Assembly (NCBI RefSeq): GCF_009834535.1
Contig: NC_045712.1
Span: 37,324,001 to 37,388,000, forward strand
From: Camelus ferus
Lineage: Eukaryota
Direction of reading: 5' to 3'
DNA: 64,000 nucleotides
Shown here in pieces: positions 59,203 to 64,000 of the stretch. A program made the position numbers and the translations under genes. Position 1 is the stretch's first letter; every line of letters begins with the position of its first letter. A model generated the notes under the pieces. It ran no database searches and had not been told where the DNA came from. It saw only the letters and a program-made list of their open reading frames with translations.

Positions 59203-61449
59203 CAAAAATTGCCCCAACTTACAGTTTGCAACCTCATAACCAACTTTGGCGGGGTGACATGGGGCTTCGCTGCAGACAGCCCCTGCCCCGCTATCTCAGT
59301 GGATGGACCAGCTGTCAGAGCCTCCAGGAGGATGGATGTGAAGCCTTGTCCGCACAGACTGAAGCTTCTGTTTGGACATGATGGCCAGCTCTTTCTAGGA
59401 AAGACCATCAATACGACTTAAAGTCAATTTTAAATGATCTGTGCGTAAGTTTTCTAGAACGGATGTATCTCAAACAGAGCATCTTGTCACTGAAGACGCC
59501 ATATTTACGATACAGCATCATCCACCATGGGAAGGTCACCTGTCTTGCCTTTTTTTTTTAACTGCAGTAAGTAGGTCAAGGTCATCCCTGAAGTGCAAGG
59601 AACCCTTCCTGCTCCAACATCTGTGCTTCTCTGAGACCATGGACTTCGGGAAACTTTCTTTGGGTGGATTTGTACAGACATCTTTAAAGACGCTTAAACA
59701 CTCACTTGGGACATCAGCTGGAGATGTCTTTTTTTTTTTTTAACTTGTTTTTCATGCTACTAATGTCCCTATAAGTAAATCAGGCATGAGAAAGGTCTTC
59801 TGCTGTCTTGAGCTGCCATCTTATCAATACCTCCAGCTTCTCCAGAGGTCCAGGTATAATAAGGTCACGTGGCTTTAAAATGCATGCAGCAGTCAGACCT
59901 GGGTGTCTCATCCGAGGGCTCTTTGGTGTCAGAAAACCTCAGTGATCAAGGCTGGAACAAGAGTGAGCACACTCGAGGGCAGCCCTGCAGCACTGAGTCT
60001 GTTCCTGAATCCCTACAGGTCAGTCTCCAGCTCAGCCCCGGTCATGGTCGCTGTCTTACAGTAGAGCCGCCCCTCCTGGGATCAGTCATCAGCAGGCTGT
60101 TTCCGCCCCGAGTGCCTGGTACCCTCAGGGATGTGGAGACAGCCTTGTTCTCGAACATCACTTTGTTCACAGTAGCTGTACCTCAGTGCCCTCTACCTTG
60201 CCGCCCTTGGAACCACCTGGGAGCATTTAAACTCCCAGTGACCAGTCCACGCCCTGGAACAGACAAATCTGAGAACCATGGCCCCATTTAAAAAGGAAAT
60301 TGTGTTGTGCATTCAGGCACATTTACATCAAAAATGGCCTTTAAAAGTTGGAAAGTATTTCTCATTGTATGGAAAAGTCACTTCTACAGTATAATTTTTG
60401 CTCACGAAAGTCAGAGAGATGAAGTCTCATTATTATAGATGATGTGTCCCAAGTGAAAATGTCTCCAGTTTTGATCTGGTTTTATTCTGGCTCCTGAGAC
60501 TTTAGTAAGAGCAGAACATTTGGCAGTAATCCTCCTGAACCACCAAGTCCCGTCTCAGAAACTCCCCAGTGACTGTTTTGTAGGGACCGCACAACAGCGG
60601 TCACCTGACGTCTGCGCACTCTCCTCTGATAAGCTGGAGAGAAAAAGGCACATTCGACCCCTGAGCCCTCAGCACTAACCACGGTATTGTGGCCAGATCA
60701 CAGACTCCAGAAAGCTTTCTATTTATACTAAAAGCATACCAACTCTTGACTTAGAAACTCTTGACTTGTCTAAGAAATCATATAGAGAAATATTTGGGTT
60801 TTTAGCAATTGTCATCAATAAAACCCTAAACAAGTATGTCTCTAGGTTTTTTGTTGTTATTTATGGGTTGCGGTTTTGAGAGCCCACTATTGACATGAGA
60901 TTTTTCTCTCATTGTGTAAACATATAAGTTCATTTTGTGAAAGAAAAAAAAATAGGAAAATAGAGAAGGGAAGGAGAATCCACCTGGTCTCTTTTCTGTT
61001 GCCCTTCCCACGTTCCCGTCGTCACACGCAGTGAGACCGCACAGGTGCAGCACATGAGGACACGAGAACAGGAGGGGTAGAGTCCAGAAGAAAAATTAGG
61101 AAAAAAAATTTCCTGGATTTAAGCAGAATGTGAGCTCTTCCAGATTGCTGCAGAATGTTTCCAGCCCCTTTGAGAGGTGTCCTGGGCAGTCTGCCCGTTT
61201 CGGGGTCCCTCCTTGGCTGAGGCTGTGAGAACTCACAGTAGGTTTGAGTGCAACCTCAGAACTGTCCTGGGGTGGAAAGAGGGTGTAAACAATTGTGTTC
61301 GAGTTTTGTATGAGTTGTTTTACATACAGAAATTTATTTATGGCTGTTCCACTTCGTAGATACACAAGCTGGGGCAAAGAATTAATTACCCAGCGTTTTC
61401 TACTCGACTCACAGTCAGAGGAGGGAGAAAAAAAGAATTATCAACTACT

Positions 61450-61758
61450 TGTTAATCATGAGCACGTGGCCCCCACGCCGTCTGGTGCTTGAGGATTGAT
61501 AATGTTAACTGCTGTGTTGCCTCAAATCCAACCAATCAGAGAATTGCGGAAGAGCAGGTCACGTGCCTGGGAGGGCCCGCCCTCAGCTGAGCCGTTAAAA
61601 GGGCTCAAGCGAAGCGCTTCCGGTTTCCGGGGATTTTGAGGCAGGAAGCGTTTGTTCTCCGTGCCCGGCTTTGTAAAGTTTTTTCCAGTTCCAAACTAAC
61701 ATTTCGGTTTGTTTGGCCTCACGTTGCAGCAGGCACGTGAATTTTGCGTTCAGTAACG
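61450..61758 (+). mobile_element. ERV1-class 5' LTR, CpG-rich
   Basis: Starts TGTTAATCA and ends CAGTAACG (vs the usual ...TAACA). Contains CCAAT (accaatca), three CACGTG, a GC box, ETS-like ccggtttccgg and TATA-like ttaaaa. Followed by ATTT and a degenerate Arg-like PBS tggtgacgccgcacaggag (61763-61781). Confidence 0.7.
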
Positions 61759-62320
61759 ATTTTGGTGACGCCGCACAGGAGTCTGTGCCTGTGGCAGGTC
61801 AACTCCGGCCCGGGGCAGCCCCTTCTCTCGCCGCCCCGGCCGAGGCTGTTTGGAGCTGAGAATCTTCTGGAGCTGCGTCCACACTCCACGTCGCCTGAGG
61901 GTGAGTCACTCCAGCTTGTGCGGGCTGGGGCTTCCCTCAGCCTGGTCTGGGCTCATTCCCACAAGGAAGGGAGCCACAGTGGGCTCATAGCATTCACTCT
62001 GGGTCTGTTGTCTTTCGAGAGCTGGGCCCATGTGTTTGGAGGCCTCTGTCTGGGAGTGGAAGTGGAATATCTCTGTGCGACCATAGCTTACTTGTTGTTT
62101 GTGGTTTCGTGTGTCTGGTTGTGCGGTGAGCCACTCCGGCTGGGCAGGACGGGAAAATTCTTCTTGCTTCACCTGGATTCATTCCCTTCTAGGAAGTGCC
62201 TGGGCTCACTGGGAGCCACTCGGGGTCCGTTCTCTTTTGAGAGCTAGGCCACTCTGGGAGTGGATGTGGAATTTGGGGCTATACCTTGTCTGGTCCTTTG
62301 TCGGACCATGTTTGTTGCTT

Positions 62321-62322
<2 letters not shown>

Positions 62323-62378
<56 letters not shown>
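62323..62378 (+). repeat. Perfect (GT)28 microsatellite
   Basis: Direct reading. Confidence 0.97.
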
Positions 62379-62380
<2 letters not shown>

Positions 62381-63311
62381 CAGCACCTGCATTGGCTTGT
62401 TGAGACATCTTTGAGTAGCAGAGCCCACATGTGACAATGCCAGGGTATCCTTCCCTGGTGCACTGGGCTCACCGGTGGCCGAGCATCGGTTGGGATTTTC
62501 CCTTTCTGGCCTTGGCCATTCATTCAGCTTCCTCTCCAGTGGAGCATTAGTTGGGGATCTCCCTTTTTGGGGCTAGGGAACTGTGACCCTGAGAGACCAT
62601 TTTGTGGCTAGATATTTGATGACATTGGCTGTGAATATTAAGTACAGACGATCAGAGCTCCGTTCCATCTTGTAGTCCTCCTAGGGTATATTTTGCAAAA
62701 CAGGGAGATCTTCAGCTATGCTCCCAACAATGCAGGAAAATGAGTTTTTTTTAATTGTAACACTGTGTGGGCTCAGGACTCCCTGAGATCTGGACAGCAA
62801 TGGCCCTTAATGGCTCTGCTTTTACATCAAGTGGGCCTTTTGCCATTGCTTCTGTTTTCATCTTGAGTGGGTGGGTGTGTGTCTCAGTACCTGAGTGCAA
62901 GTCCTGTTCTCTTCCGGATTTTGCTGAAAGTGAGGCATGTGTAAATAATACGTATTTTATCGTTTATTACTATTATTTCTTTAAACTGAAGTGGATGTTT
63001 GGGAACTAGGGGGGAAAAATCCATGAAAATAGTCAAGATGGTTGGGTTGTATAAAAGTAGTTAGCAGAGGAATTTGCGTTTCTCTTTCTGTGCCTTTGTG
63101 ATGTAAATAATCTACTTGGGATCTCAAGGGAAAAAAGTTCTTTTTTAAAACTATGTGAAAAACGGTAAGATCTCTGATTCTGTCTTTGTGTAAAAATTAA
63201 CGGTAAAAGAGCCCTATTTAATTGACTAAAACGTAAGCACTTGTATAATAGGGAAAAACAACTCTGATCCTGTATTAGATCTGTTTCCTTTACTTTAACC
63301 TTTGTATTGCT

Positions 63312-63623
63312 TGTTAATCACAGATGTTGCCTATAGGTTAAATTAAACATAATGGCCCGTCTCTGGGAGCCCTGCCTCCCAGGTAATGAGCATTAAGCTA
63401 AAATACCTTTGTTTAGCTCACAAAGTAAATGGTTCACCTGACCAGGATCAACTGTAAATGGTTGCAGGAAGGAAGAAATTAACTCCTTCCCTCGAGTCTG
63501 GCTAGGACCAGGCCTTTACCCCTTCCCCGTTTAGTATAAAAGAAGCCTGAATTCATCTTGTCTCAACACCCCACATCCCCATATACTGGCCTGGTGAGCA
63601 GAACGAGTTTGGACTTGGTAACA
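63312..63623 (+). mobile_element. Second ERV LTR (about 312 bp) embedded in the ERV internal sequence
   Basis: Starts TGTTAATCA, has TATA box gtataaaag at about 63534 and ends GGACTTGGTAACA. No PBS follows. Confidence 0.65.
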
Positions 63624-64000
63624 CTTGCAAATTAAATACTTCTAAGTATAAAAGAAGCTAGACAGGACAAATTTCAGGTTCATGTGATCCAGAAAATACT
63701 CAGTATTAAATTAAAGCTAGCTAAAGATTGCTCGTATAATCCATGCAGACATGTCTTTTCTTGTACCTAGGTTTACTGAAGGTTAGTAGGTTTGTGTTTC
63801 TGTTGCAGTTTGTCAGCAGAAGGAAAACAATTAACTTGGTATGATGTAAATTCTTCTAGGTGGATTGGATGCAAATGAGATGGGAGCTTTTGGGTGAACT
63901 CTTTGGAAATGGTTGTGTTTTGGGAATGACTACTTAGAAGTGATCTCTCCGGATATTTGGTAACCTGACGTGAAATGATGGAGGTTTATTGAATGGCTAG

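Larger units (their letters stand above)
61759..64000 (+). mobile_element. ERV1 internal sequence (leader, degenerate gag matrix at about 62670-62820, AT-rich non-coding interior), continuing past the window end
   Basis: About 62670-62820 translates across frameshifts as PLGYILQN..IF....CNTVWAQ.SL.SGQQWPLNGS, like gamma-type gag SPLGCIL.NW..F...CNTAWPQY.L...E.WP.NGS. Splice donor gg|gtgagt at 61901. Confidence 0.7.

Noticed and set aside
61744-62247. 167-aa ORF in the ERV leader as a retroviral or domesticated gene
   Set aside because: Non-ATG start, no gag/env motif, and it lies in the leader; the true gag relic downstream is frameshifted.
58428-64000. SACM1L exons, or a tandem second SLC6A20 copy as in rodents
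   Set aside because: No SAC1-like or additional SLC6 exons are recognisable on either strand; the neighbouring gene must lie beyond the window.

Overview
Mammalian genomic DNA, almost certainly camelid: it carries two tRNA-derived SINEs of the camelid Vic-1 type. The window is syntenic with the human 3p21.31 LZTFL1-SLC6A20 interval. On the + strand it holds the last three coding exons and 3' UTR of LZTFL1 (CDS ends 3529). It also holds the complete 11-exon SLC6A20 (SIT1, Na/Cl-dependent proline transporter) CDS, 28388-58427. All SLC6A20 introns are GT-AG, and the exon lengths sum to 1779 nt (592 aa + stop) with no frameshift. The 22-kb intergenic region is mostly TE-derived: a decayed minus-strand ERVL provirus with a nested L1, L2/L1/MIR/DNA-transposon relics, and an ERV1 5' LTR with a primer-binding site. 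A CpG-rich ERV1 LTR, leader and gag relic with a second LTR lies 3 kb past the SLC6A20 stop. There are six N gaps. I did not find a clearly new biological system. The best leads are regulatory: the CpG-rich downstream LTR promoter with a splice donor, a homeodomain-P3/forkhead module in the SLC6A20 promoter, three near-consensus CTCF sites inside SLC6A20, and SINE-derived changes to both 3' ends. Exon coordinates were read base by base. Repeat family names come from recalled consensus sequences, most repeat boundaries are approximate, and no database search was run.
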